A stretch of DNA of 64,000 nucleotides from Eledone cirrhosa (taxonomy: Eukaryota), in NCBI GenBank assembly GCA_964016885.1, contig OZ024744.1, forward strand, positions 101,556,001 through 101,620,000, written 5' to 3'. The translations under genes were made by a program, and so were the position numbers. Of the stretch, positions 53,401 to 64,000 are shown one piece after another. Below the pieces are notes generated by a model. That model worked only from the letters and a program-made list of their open reading frames with translations. It was not told where the DNA came from and searched no databases. Numbering within the stretch: position 1 is the first letter of the stretch; every line of letters starts with the position of its first letter.

Positions 53401-56400
53401 TGGTTTGTTTATTGTTGGCTTTGTTTATTATTGGTTTGTTTATTGTAGGCTTTGTTTATTGTGCGATTTTTTATTGTTTTTATTTATTGGTGGTTTGTTT
53501 AATTGTTGGCTTTGTTTATTGATGGTTTGTTTATTATTGGCTTTGTTTATTGTTGGTTTGTTTATTGTTGGTTTGTTTATGGTTGGCTTCGTTTCTTGTT
53601 GGTTTGTTTATTGTTGGTTTGTTTTTTGTTGGCTTTGTTTATTGTTGGTTTGCTTATGTTGGCTTTGTTTATTGTTGGTTTGTTTATTGTTGGTTTGTTT
53701 ATCGTTAGCTTTGTTTAATGTTGGTTTATTTATTGATGGCTTTGTTTATTGTTGGTTCGTTTATTGTTGGCTTTGTTTATTGTTGGTTTGTTTATTATTG
53801 GCTTTTTTCATTGCTGGTTTGTTTATTGTTGGGTTTCTTTATTGTTGTCAGTCTAATACTTTACTGTCTATAGTTAGTCTAATACTTTACAGTCTATAGT
53901 TAGTCTAATACTTTACAGTTTATAGTTAGTCTAATACTTTAGTGTCTATAGTTAGTCTGATACTTTACAGTCTATAGTTAGTCTAATACTTTACTGTCTT
54001 ATGAGAAGCTAAATATTATTTGTTTATTGTTGGTTTCTTTATTGCTGGTTTTGTTTATTGTTGGTTTGTTTATTATTGGCTTTGTTTATTGTGGGTTTGT
54101 TTATTGTTGGCTTTGTTTATTTTTGTTTTTTTTATTGTTGGCTTTGTTTATTGTTGTTTTGTTTATTGTTGGTTTGTTTATTGTTTTTGTTTATTGTTGG
54201 TTTGTTTATTGTTGGCTTTGTTTATTGTTGGTTTGTTTATTATTGGTTTGTTTATTGTTGGTTTGTTTATTGTTGGTTTGTTTATTATTGGCTTTGTTTA
54301 TAGTTGGTTTGTTTATTGTTGGCTTTGTTTATTGTTGGTTTGTTTATTGTTGCCTTTGATTATTGTTGGTTTGTTTATTGTTGGATTTGTTTATTGTTTG
54401 TTTGTTTCTTATTGGCTCTGTTTATTGTTCGTTTGTTTCTTGTTCGCTTTGGCTATTGTTTGTTTCATTATTGTTGGCTTTGTTTATGGTTGGTTTCTTT
54501 ATTGTTGGTTTGTTTATTGTTGGCATTGTATATTGTTGGTTTGTTTATTGTTGGCTTTGTTTATCGTTGGTTTGTTTATTGGTGGTTTGTTTATTTTTGG
54601 TTTGTTTATTATTGGTTTGTTTATTATTGGTTTGTTTATTGTTGGTTTGTTTATTGTTGGTTTCTATGTTGTTGGTTTGTTTATTGTTGGATTGTTTATT
54701 GTAGGTTTGTTTATTGTTGGTTTTGTTTATTGTTGGTTTGTTTATTGTTGGCTTTGTTTATTGTTGGTTTGTTTATTATTGGTTTGTTTATTGTGGCTTT
54801 GTTTATTGTTGGTTTGTTTATTGTTAATTTGTTTATTATTGGCTTTGTTTATTGTTGGTTTGTTTATTGATGGTTTGTTTATTAGTGGCTTTGTTATTGT
54901 TGGTTTGTTTATTGTTGGTTTGTTTAGTGTTGGTTGGTTTATTGTTGGTTTGTTTATTGTTGTCTTTGTTTATTGTTGGTTTGTTTATTGTGGCTTTGTT
55001 TATTGTTGACTTTGTTTATTGTTGGTTGGTTTATTGTTGGCTTTGTTTATTGTTGGTTTGTTTATTGTTGGCTTTGTTTATTGTGCGATTTTTATTGTTT
55101 TTATTTGTTGTTGGTTTGTTTATTGTTGGCTTTGTTTATTGTTGGTTTGTTTTTTATTGGCATTGTTTATTGTTGGTTTGTTTATTGTTGGCTTTGTTTA
55201 TTGGTGGTTTGTTTATTGTTGGCTTTGTTTATTGTTGGTTTGTTTATTATTGGCTTTGTTTATTGTTGGTTTGTTTATTGTTGGTTTGTTTATTGTTGGC
55301 TTTGTTTATTGTTGGTTTGTTTATTGTTGGTTTGTTTATTGTTGGTTTGTCTGTTTCTGGTTTATTTATTATTGATTTTGTTTATTGGTGGTTTGTTTAT
55401 TGTTGGCTTTGCTTATTGTTGGTTTGTTTATTGTTGCTTTGTTAATTGTTGGTTTGTTTATTGTTGGTTTGTTTATTGTTGGCTTTGTTTATTGTTGGTT
55501 TGTTTATTTTTGGCTTTGTTTATTGTTGGTTTGTTTATTGTTGGTTTGTTTATTTTTGGCTTTGTTTATTGTTGGTTTCTTTATTGTTGGTTTTGTTTAT
55601 TGTATGGTTTGTTTATCGTTAGCTTTGTTGAATGTTGGTTTCTTTATTGTTGGTTTTGTATATTGTTGGTTTGTTTATCGTTAGCTTTGTTGAATGTTGG
55701 TTTATTTATTGTTGGCTTTGTTTATTGTTGGTTTGTTTACTATTGGCGTAGTTTATTGTTGGTTTGTTTATTGTTGCTTTGTTTATTGTTGGCTTTGTTT
55801 ATTGTTGGTTTGTTTATTGCTGGTTTGTTTATTGTTGGCTTTGTTTATTGTTGGTTTGTTTATTGTTCGCCTTCTTTATTGTTGGTTTATTTATTGTTGT
55901 CTATGTTTATTGTTTTTTTTTTTATTATTGGCTTTGTTTATTGTAGATTAGTTTATTGTTGGCTTTGTTTATTGTTGGTTTGTTTATTGTTGGCTTTGTT
56001 AATTGTTGGTTTGTTTATTGTTGGCTTTGTTTATTGTTGGTTTGTTTATTGTTGGCTTTGTTTATTGTTGGTTTGTTTATTGTTGGTTTGTTTATTGTTG
56101 GTTTTGGTTATTGTTGGTTTGTTTATTGTTGGCTTTGTTTATTGTTGGTTTGTTTATTGTTGACTTTGTTTATTGTTGGTTTGTTTATTGTTGGCTTTGT
56201 TTATTGTTGGTTTGTTTATTGTTGGCTTTGTTTATTGTTGGTTTGTTTATTGTTTGGTTTGTTTATTGTTGGCTTTGTTTATTGTTGGTTGGTTTATTGT
56301 TGGTTTGTTTATTGTTGGTTTGTTTATTATTGGCTTTGTTTATTGTTGGTTTGTTTATTGTTGGTTTGTTTATTGTTGGCTTGGTTTATTGTTGGTTTGT

Positions 56401-59400
56401 TTATTGTTGGCTTTGTTTATTATTGGTTTGTTTATTGTTGGCTTTGTTTATTGTGCGATTTTTTATTGTTTTTATTTATTGGTGGTTTGTTTAATTGTTG
56501 GCTTTGTTTATTGATGGTTTGTTTATTATTGGCTTTGTTTATTGTTGGTTTGTTTATTGTTGGTTTGTTTATCGTTAGCTTTGTTTAATGTTGGTTTATT
56601 TATTGATGGCTTTGTTTATTGTTGGTTCGTTTATTGTTGGCTTTGTTTATTGTTGGTTTGTTTATTATTGGCTTTTTTCATTGCTGGTTTGTTTATTGTT
56701 GGCTTTCTTTATTGTTGTCAGTCTAATACTTTAGTGTCTATAGTTAGTCTGATACTTTACAGTCTATAGTTAGTCTAATACTTTACTGTCTTATGAGAAG
56801 CTAAATATTATTTGTTTATTGTTGGTTTCTTTATTGTTGGCTTTGTTTATTGTTGGTTTGTTTATTGTTGGCTTTGTTTATTTTTGTTTTTTTTATTGTT
56901 GGCTTTGTTTATTGTTGTTTTGTTTATTGTTGGTTTGTTTATTGTTTTTGTTTATTGTTGGTTTGTTTATTGTTGGCTTTGTTTATTGTTGGTTTGTTTA
57001 TTATTGGTTTGTTTATTGTTGGTTTGTTTATTGTTGCTTTGTTTATTATTGGCTTTGTTTATAGTTGGTTTGTTTATTGTTGGCTTTGTTTTTTGTTTAT
57101 TGTTGGCTTGTTTATTGTTGCCTTTGATTATTGTTGGTTTGTTTATTGTTGGATTTGTTTATTGTTTGTTTGTTTCTTATTGGCTCTGTTTATTGTTGGT
57201 TTGTTTCTTGTTGGCTTTGACTATTGTTTGTTTCATTATTGTTGGCTTTGTTTATTGTTGGTTTGTTTATTGTTGGTTTGTTTATTGTTGGCTTTGTATA
57301 TTGTTGGTTTGTTTATTGTTGGCTTTGTTTATCGTTGGTTTGTTTATTGGTGGTTTGTTTATTGTTGGTTTGTTTATTATTGGTTTGTTTATTATTGGTT
57401 TGTTTATTGTTGGTTTGTTTATTGTTGGTTTCTATATTGTTGGTTTGTTTATTGTTGGATTGTTTATTGTAGGTTTGTTTATTGTTGGTTTTGTTTATTG
57501 TTGGTTTGTTTATTGTTGGCTTTGTTTATTGTTGGTTTGTTTATTATTGGTTTGTTTATTGTGGCTTTGTTTTTTGTTGGTTTGTTTATTGTTAATTTGT
57601 TTATTATTGGCTTTGTTTATTGTTGGTTTGTTTATTGATGGTTTGTTTATTATTGGCTTTGTTTATTGTTGGTTTGTTTATTGTTGGTTTAGTTAGTGTT
57701 GGTTGGTTTATTGTTGGTTTGTTTATTGTTGTCTTTGTATATTGTTGGTTTGTTTATTGTGGCTTTGTTTATTGTTGACTTTGTTTATTGTTGGTTGGTT
57801 TATTGTTGGCTTTGTTTATTGTTGGTTTGTTTATTGTTGGCTTTGTTTATTGTGCGATTTTTTATTGTTTTTATTTGTGGTTGGTTTGTTTATTGTTGGC
57901 TTTGTTTATTGTTGGTTTGTTTTTTATTGGCTTTGTTTATTGTTGGTTTGTTTATTGTTGGTTTGTTTATGGTTGGCTTTGTTTATTGTTGGTTTGTTTA
58001 TTGTTGGCTTTGTTTATTGGTGGTTTGTTTATTGTTGGCTTTGTTTATTGGTGGTTTGTTTATTGTTGGTTTGTTTATTATTGGCTTTGTTTATTGTTGG
58101 TTTGTTTATTGTTGGTTTGTTTATTGTTGGCTTTGTTTATTGTTGGTTTGTTTATTGTTGGTTTGTCTGTTTCTGGTTTATTTATTATTGATTTTGTTTA
58201 TTGGTGGTTTGTTTATTGTTGGTTTGTTTATTGTTGGTTTTGTTTATTGTTGGTTTGTTTATTGTTCGTTTAGTTTATTGTTGGTTTGTTTATTGTTGGC
58301 TTTGTTTATTGTTGGTTTGTTTATTGTTGGCTTTCTTTATTGTTGGTTTGTTTATTATTGGCTTTGTTTATTGTTAGTTTGTTTATTGTTGGTTTGTTTA
58401 TTGTTGGCTTTGTTTATTGTTGGTTTGTTTATTATTTTTTTTTTCATTGCTGGTTTGTTTACTGTTGGCTTTGTTTATTGTTGTCAGTCTAATACTTTAC
58501 TGGCTAAAGTTAGTCTAATACTTTACAGTCCATAGTTAGTCTAATACTTTACAGTTTATAGTTAGTCCAATACTATAGTGTCTATAGTTAGTCTAATACT
58601 TTACAGTCTATAGTTAGTCTAATACTTTACTGTCTTATGAGAAGCTAAATATTATTTGTTTACTATTGGTTTCTTTATTGTTGGCTTTGTTTATTGTTGC
58701 TTTGTTTATTATTGGCTTTGTTTATTGTGGGTTTGTTCATTGTTGGCTTTGTTTATGTTGGCTTTGTTTATTGTTGGTTTCTTTATGGTTGGCTTTGTTT
58801 ATTGTTGTTTTGTTTATTGTTTTTGTTTATTGTTGGTTTGTTTATTGTTGGCATTGTTAATTGTTGGTTTGTTTATTGTTGGTTTGTTTATTGTTGGTTG
58901 GTTTATTGTTGGCTTTGTTTATTTTTGGTTTTTTATTGTTGGTTTTGTTTATTGTTGTTTTGTTTATTGTTGGTATGTTTATTGTTTTTTTTTATTTTTG
59001 GTTTGTTTATTGTTGGCTTTGTTTATTATTGGTTTGTTTATTATTGGTTTGTTTATTGTTGGTATTTTTATTGTTGGTTTGTTTATTATTGGCTTTGTTT
59101 ATTGTTGGTTTGTTTATTGTTGGCTTTGTTTATTGTTAGTTTGTTTATTGTTGGACTTGTTTATTGTTTGTTCGTTTCTTATTGGCTCTGTTTATTGTTG
59201 GTTTGTTTCTTGTTGGCTTTGATTTTTGTTTGTTTCTTTATTGTTGGCTTTGTTTATTGTTGCTTGGTTTATTGTTGGTTTGTTTATTGTTGGTTTGTTT
59301 ATTGTTGGCTTTGTATATTGTTGGTTTGTTTATTGTTGTCTTTGCTTATTGGTGGTTTGTTTATTGGTGGTTTGTTTATTGTTGGTTTGTTTATTATTGG

Positions 59401-62400
59401 TTTGTTTATTATTGGTTTGTTTATTGTTGGTTTGTTTATTGTTGGTTTCTATATTGTTGTTTTGTTTATTGTTGGTTTGTTTATTGTTGGTTACTTTATT
59501 ATTGGCTTTGTTTATTGTTGGTTTGTTTATTGTTGGTTTGTTTAGTGTTGGTTTGTTTATTGTTGGTTTGTTTATTGTTGTCTTTTTTTATTGTTGGTTT
59601 GTTTATTGTGGCTTTGTTTATTGTTGACTTTGTTTATTGTTGGTTTGTTTAATGTTGGCTTTATTTATTGTTGGTTTGTTTATTGTTGGCTTTGTTTATT
59701 GTGCGATTTTTTATTGTTTTTATTTATTGTTGGTTTGTTTATTGTTGGCTTCTTTTATTGATGGTTTGTTTATTATTGGCTTTGTTTATTGTTGGTTTGT
59801 TTATTGTTGGTTTGTTTATGGTTGGCTTTGTTTATTGTTGGTTTGTTTATTGTTGGTTTGTTTATTATTGGATGTGTTTATTGTTGGTTTGTTTATTGTT
59901 GGCTTTGTTTATTGTTGGTTTGTTTATTGTTGGCTTTGTTTATTGTTGGTTTGTTTATTGTTGGCTTTGTTTATTGTTGGTTTGTTTATTTCTGGTTTAT
60001 TTATTATTGATTTTGTTTATTGGTGGTTTTTTTATTGTTGGCTTTGCTTATTGTTGGTTTGTTTATTGTTGGTTTGTTTATTGTTGGTTTTTTTTTATTG
60101 TTGGTTTGTTTATTGTTGGTTTGTTTATTGTTGGTTTGTTTATTGTTGGTTTTGTTTATTGTTGGTTCGTTTATTGTTCGCTTTGTTTATTGTTGGTTTG
60201 TTTATTGTTGGCTTTGTTTATTGTTGGCTTTGTTTATTGTTGGTTTGTTTATTATTGGCTTTGTTTATTGTTAGTTTGTTTATTGTTGGCTTTGTTTATT
60301 GTTGGTTTGTTTATTGTTGGCTTTGTTTATCGTTGGTTTGTTAATTATTGTTTTTTTTATTGCTGGTTTGTTTATTGTTGGCTGTGTTTATTGTTGTCAG
60401 TCTAATACTTTACTGTCTATAGTTAGTCTAATACTTTACAGTTTATAGTTAGTCTAACACTTTACACTTCATAGTTAGTCTAATACTATAGTGTCTATAG
60501 TTAGTCTAATACTTTACAGTCTATAGTTAGTCTAATACTTTACTGTCTTATGAGAAGCTAAATATTATTTGTTTACTATTGGTTTCTTTATTGTTGGCTT
60601 TGTTTATTGTTGCTTTGTTTATTATTGGCTTTGTTTATTGTGGGTTTGTTCATTGTTGGCTTTGTTTATGTTGGCTTTGTTTATTGTTGGTTTCTTTATG
60701 GTTGGCTTTGTTTATTGTTGTTTTGTTTATTGTTTTTGTTTATTGTTGGTTTGTTTATTGTTGGCATTGTTAATTGTTGGTTTGTTTATTGTTGGTTTGT
60801 TTATTGTTGGTTGGTTTATTGTTGGCTTTGTTTATTTTTGGTTTTTTATTGTTGGTTTTGTTTATTGTTGTTTTGTTTATTGTTGGTATGTTTATTGTTT
60901 TTTTTTATTTTTGGTTTGTTTATTGTTGGCTTTGTTTATTATTGGTTTGTTTATTATTGGTTTGTTTATTGTTGGTATTTTTATTGTTGGTTTGTTTATT
61001 ATTGGCTTTGTTTATTGTTGGTTTGTTTATTGTTGGCTTTGTTTATTGTTGGTTTGTTTATTGTTGGACTTGTTTATTGTTTGTTCGTTTCTTATTGGCT
61101 CTGTTTATTGTTGGTTTGTTTCTTGTTGGCTTTGATTTTTGTTTGTTTCTTTATTGTTGGCTTTGTTTATTGTTGCTTGGTTTATTGTTGGTTTGTTTAT
61201 TGTTGGTTTGTTTATTGTTGGCTTTGTATATTGTTGGTTTGTTTATTGTTGTCTTTGCTTATTGGTGGTTTGTTTATTGGTGGTTTGTTTATTGTTGGTT
61301 TGTTTATTATTTGTTTGTTTATTATTGGTTTGTTTATTGTTGGTTTGTTTATTGTTGGTTTCTATATTGTTGTTTTGTTTATTGTTGGTTTGTTTATTGT
61401 TGGTTACTTTATTATTGGCTTTGTTTATTGTTGGTTTGTTTATTGTTGGTTTGTTTAGTGTTGGTTTGTTTATTGTTGGTTTGTTTATTGTTGTCTTTTT
61501 TTATTGTTGGTTTGTTTATTGTGGCTTTGTTTATTGTTGACTTTGTTTATTGTTGGTTTGTTTAATGTTGGCTTTATTTATTGTTGGTTTGTTTATTGTT
61601 GGCTTTGTTTATTGTGCGATTTTTTATTGTTTTTATTTATTGTTGGTTTGTTTATTGTTGGCTTTTTTTATTGATGGTTTGTTTATTATTGGCTTTGTTT
61701 ATTGTTGGTTTGTTTATTGTTGGTTTGTTTATGGTTGGCTTTGTTTATTGTTGGTTTGTTTATTGTTGGTTTGTTTATTATTGGATGTGTTTATTGTTGG
61801 TTTGTTTATTGTTGGCTTTGTTTATTGTTGGTTTGTTTATTGTTGGCTTTGTTTATTGTTGGTTTGTTTATTGTTGGCTTTGTTTATTGTTGGTTTGTTT
61901 ATTTCTGGTTTATTTATTATTGATTTTGTTTATTGGTGGTTTTTTTATTGTTGGCTTTGCTTATTGTTGGTTTGTTTATTGTTGGTTTGTTTATTGTTGG
62001 TTTTTTTTTATTGTTGGTTTGTTTATTGTTGGTTTGTTTATTGTTGGTTTGTTTATTGTTGGTTTTGTTTATTGTTGGTTCGTTTATTGTTCGCTTTGTT
62101 TATTGTTGGTTTGTTTATTGTTGGCTTTGTTTATTGTTGGCTTTGTTTATTGTTGGTTTGTTTATTATTGGCTTTGTTTATTGTTAGTTTGTTTATTGTT
62201 GGCTTTGTTTATTGTTGGTTTGTTTATTGTTGGCTTTGTTTATCGTTGGTTTGTTAATTATTGTTTTTTTTATTGCTGGTTTGTTTATTGTTGGCTGTGT
62301 TTATTGTTGTCAGTCTAATACTTTACTGTCTATAGTTAGTCTAATACTTTACAGTTTATAGTTAGTCTAACACTTTACACTTCATAGTTAGTCTAATACT

Positions 62401-64000
62401 ATAGTGTCTATAGTTAGTCTAATACTTTACAGTCTATAGTTAGTCTAATACTTTACTGTCTTATGAGAAGCTAAATATTATTTGTTTACTATTGGTTTCT
62501 TTATTGTTGGCTTTGTTTATTGTTGCTTTGTTTATTATTGGCTTTGTTTATTGTGGGTTTGTTCATTGTTGGCTTTGTTTATGTTGGCTTTGTTTATTGT
62601 TGGTTTCTTTATGGTTGGCTTTGTTTATTGTTGTTTTGTTTATTGTTTTTGTTTATTGTTGGTTTGTTTATTGTTGGCATTGTTAATTGTTGGTTTGTTT
62701 ATTGTTGGTTTGTTTATTGTTGGTTGGTTTAATGTTGGTTTGTTTATTATTGGCTTTGTTTATTGTTGGTTTGTTTATTGTTGGCTTTGTTTATTGTTAG
62801 TTTCTATATTTTTGGTTTGTTCATTGTTGGTTTGTTTATTGTTGGTTTGTTTATTGTTGGCTTTGTTTATTGTTGGTTTGTTTATTGTTGGTTTGTTTAT
62901 TGTTGGTTTGTTTATTGTTGGTTTGTTTATTATTGGTTTGTTTATTGTTGGTTTGTTTATTGTTGCTTTGTTTATTGTTGGTTTGTTTATTGTTGGTTTG
63001 TTTATTGTTGGTTTGTTTATTGTTGGTTTGTTTATTATTGGCTTTGTTTATTGTTCGTTTGTTTATTTTTGGTTTGTTTATTGTTGGCTTTGCTTATTGT
63101 TGGTTTGTTTATTGTTGGTTTGTTTATTGTTGTTTTTTTATTGTTGGTTTGTTTATTGTTGGTTTGTTTATTGTTGGTTTGTTTATTATTGGCTTTGTTT
63201 ATTGTTAGTTTGTTTATTGTTGGCTTTGTTTATTGTTGGTTTGTTTATTGTTGGCTTTGTTTATTGTTGGTTTGTTAATTATTGTTTTTTTTCTTTGCTG
63301 GTTTGTTTATTGTTGGCTTTGTTTATTGTTGTCAGTCTAATACTTTACTGTCTATAGTCAGTCTAATACTTCACAGTTTATAGTTAGTCTAATACTTTAC
63401 AGTTCATAGTTAGTCTAATACTATAGTGTCTATAGTTAGTCTAATACTTTACAGTCTATAGTTAGTCTAATACTTTACTGTCTTATGAGAAGCTAAATAT
63501 TATTTGTTTACTATTGGTTTCTTTATTGTTGGCTTTGTTTATTGTTGCTTTGTTTATTATTGACTTTGTTTATTGTGGGTTTGTTTATTGTTTTTGTTTA
63601 TTGTTGGTTTGTTTATTGTTGGCTTTGTTAATTGTTGGTTTGTTTATTGTTGGTTTGTTTATTGTTGGTTTGTTTAATGTTGGTTTGTTTATTGTTGGTT
63701 TGTTTATTGTTGGTTTGTTTATTGTTGGTTTGTTTATTGTTGGCTTTGTTTATTGTTGGTTTGTTTATTGTTGGTTTGTTTATTGTTGGTTTGTTTATTG
63801 TTGGTTTGTTTATTGTTGGTTTGTTTATTATTGGCTTTGTTTATTGTTGGTTTGTTTATTGTTGGTTTGTTTATTGTTGGCTTGGTTTATTGTTGGTTTG
63901 TTTATTGTTGGCTTTGTTTATTATTGGTTTGTTTATTGTTGGCTTTGTTTATTGTGCGATTTTTTATTGTTTTTATTTATTGGTGGTTTGTTTAATTGTT
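38407..64000. repeat. Main satellite C array (15/16-bp monomers, >25 kb, open at the window end) with nested higher-order repeats
   Basis: Read directly. Higher-order offsets from identical ORF translations and landmarks are 1604 (43134/44738), 787 (45325/46112/46899), 5283 (44738/50021), 1278 (51426/52704), 5759 (48261/54020) and 1913 (58656/60569/62482). Confidence 0.96.
58483..62700. repeat. 1913-bp higher-order repeat (cassette + satC), two full copies plus a partial third
   Basis: Cassettes at 58483, 60396 and 62309, and near-identical ORF translations at +1913. Confidence 0.92.

Noticed and set aside
38407-64000. Canonical telomeric repeat or G-quadruplex array
   Set aside because: There are no TTAGGG tracts, only GG dinucleotides spaced 13-14 nt apart, which is a poor G4 substrate.

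Overview
A eukaryotic, heterochromatin-like window with no intact host gene. The SINE and ribozyme repeat types suggest an animal, most plausibly a cephalopod such as Octopus (inference from recalled repeat families). It is built from three satellites: satA (26 bp, GTCTATAGTTAGTCTAATACTTTACA; 1-20852 and 24271-25009), satB (22/25 bp, GGTCTTATGAGAAGCTAAATAT[TAT]) and satC (15/16 bp, TTGTTGG[C]TTTGTTTA; most of 28841-64000). SatA carries kb-scale tandem duplications and a ~370-bp inversion whose two breakpoints fall in the monomer's TTAG-T-CTAA dyad. It is interrupted by a 3.4-kb GC-rich, disabled CRE-clade non-LTR retrotransposon with an N-terminal PHD finger, RT, CCHC knuckle and restriction-like endonuclease. 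Downstream lies a composite block of satB, a solo LTR with a 4-bp TSD, three SINE types, an RTE LINE 3' end, (TA)n, a Penelope-type minimal hammerhead ribozyme and satC, whose core is triplicated (4.4-5.2 kb period). A 173-bp satA+satB junction cassette derived from 24805-25029 punctuates the satC array, so 24805-64000 reads as one macro-array of at least 12 full or collapsed units. The long hydrophobic ORFs in the track are artefacts of the stop-free satC strand.
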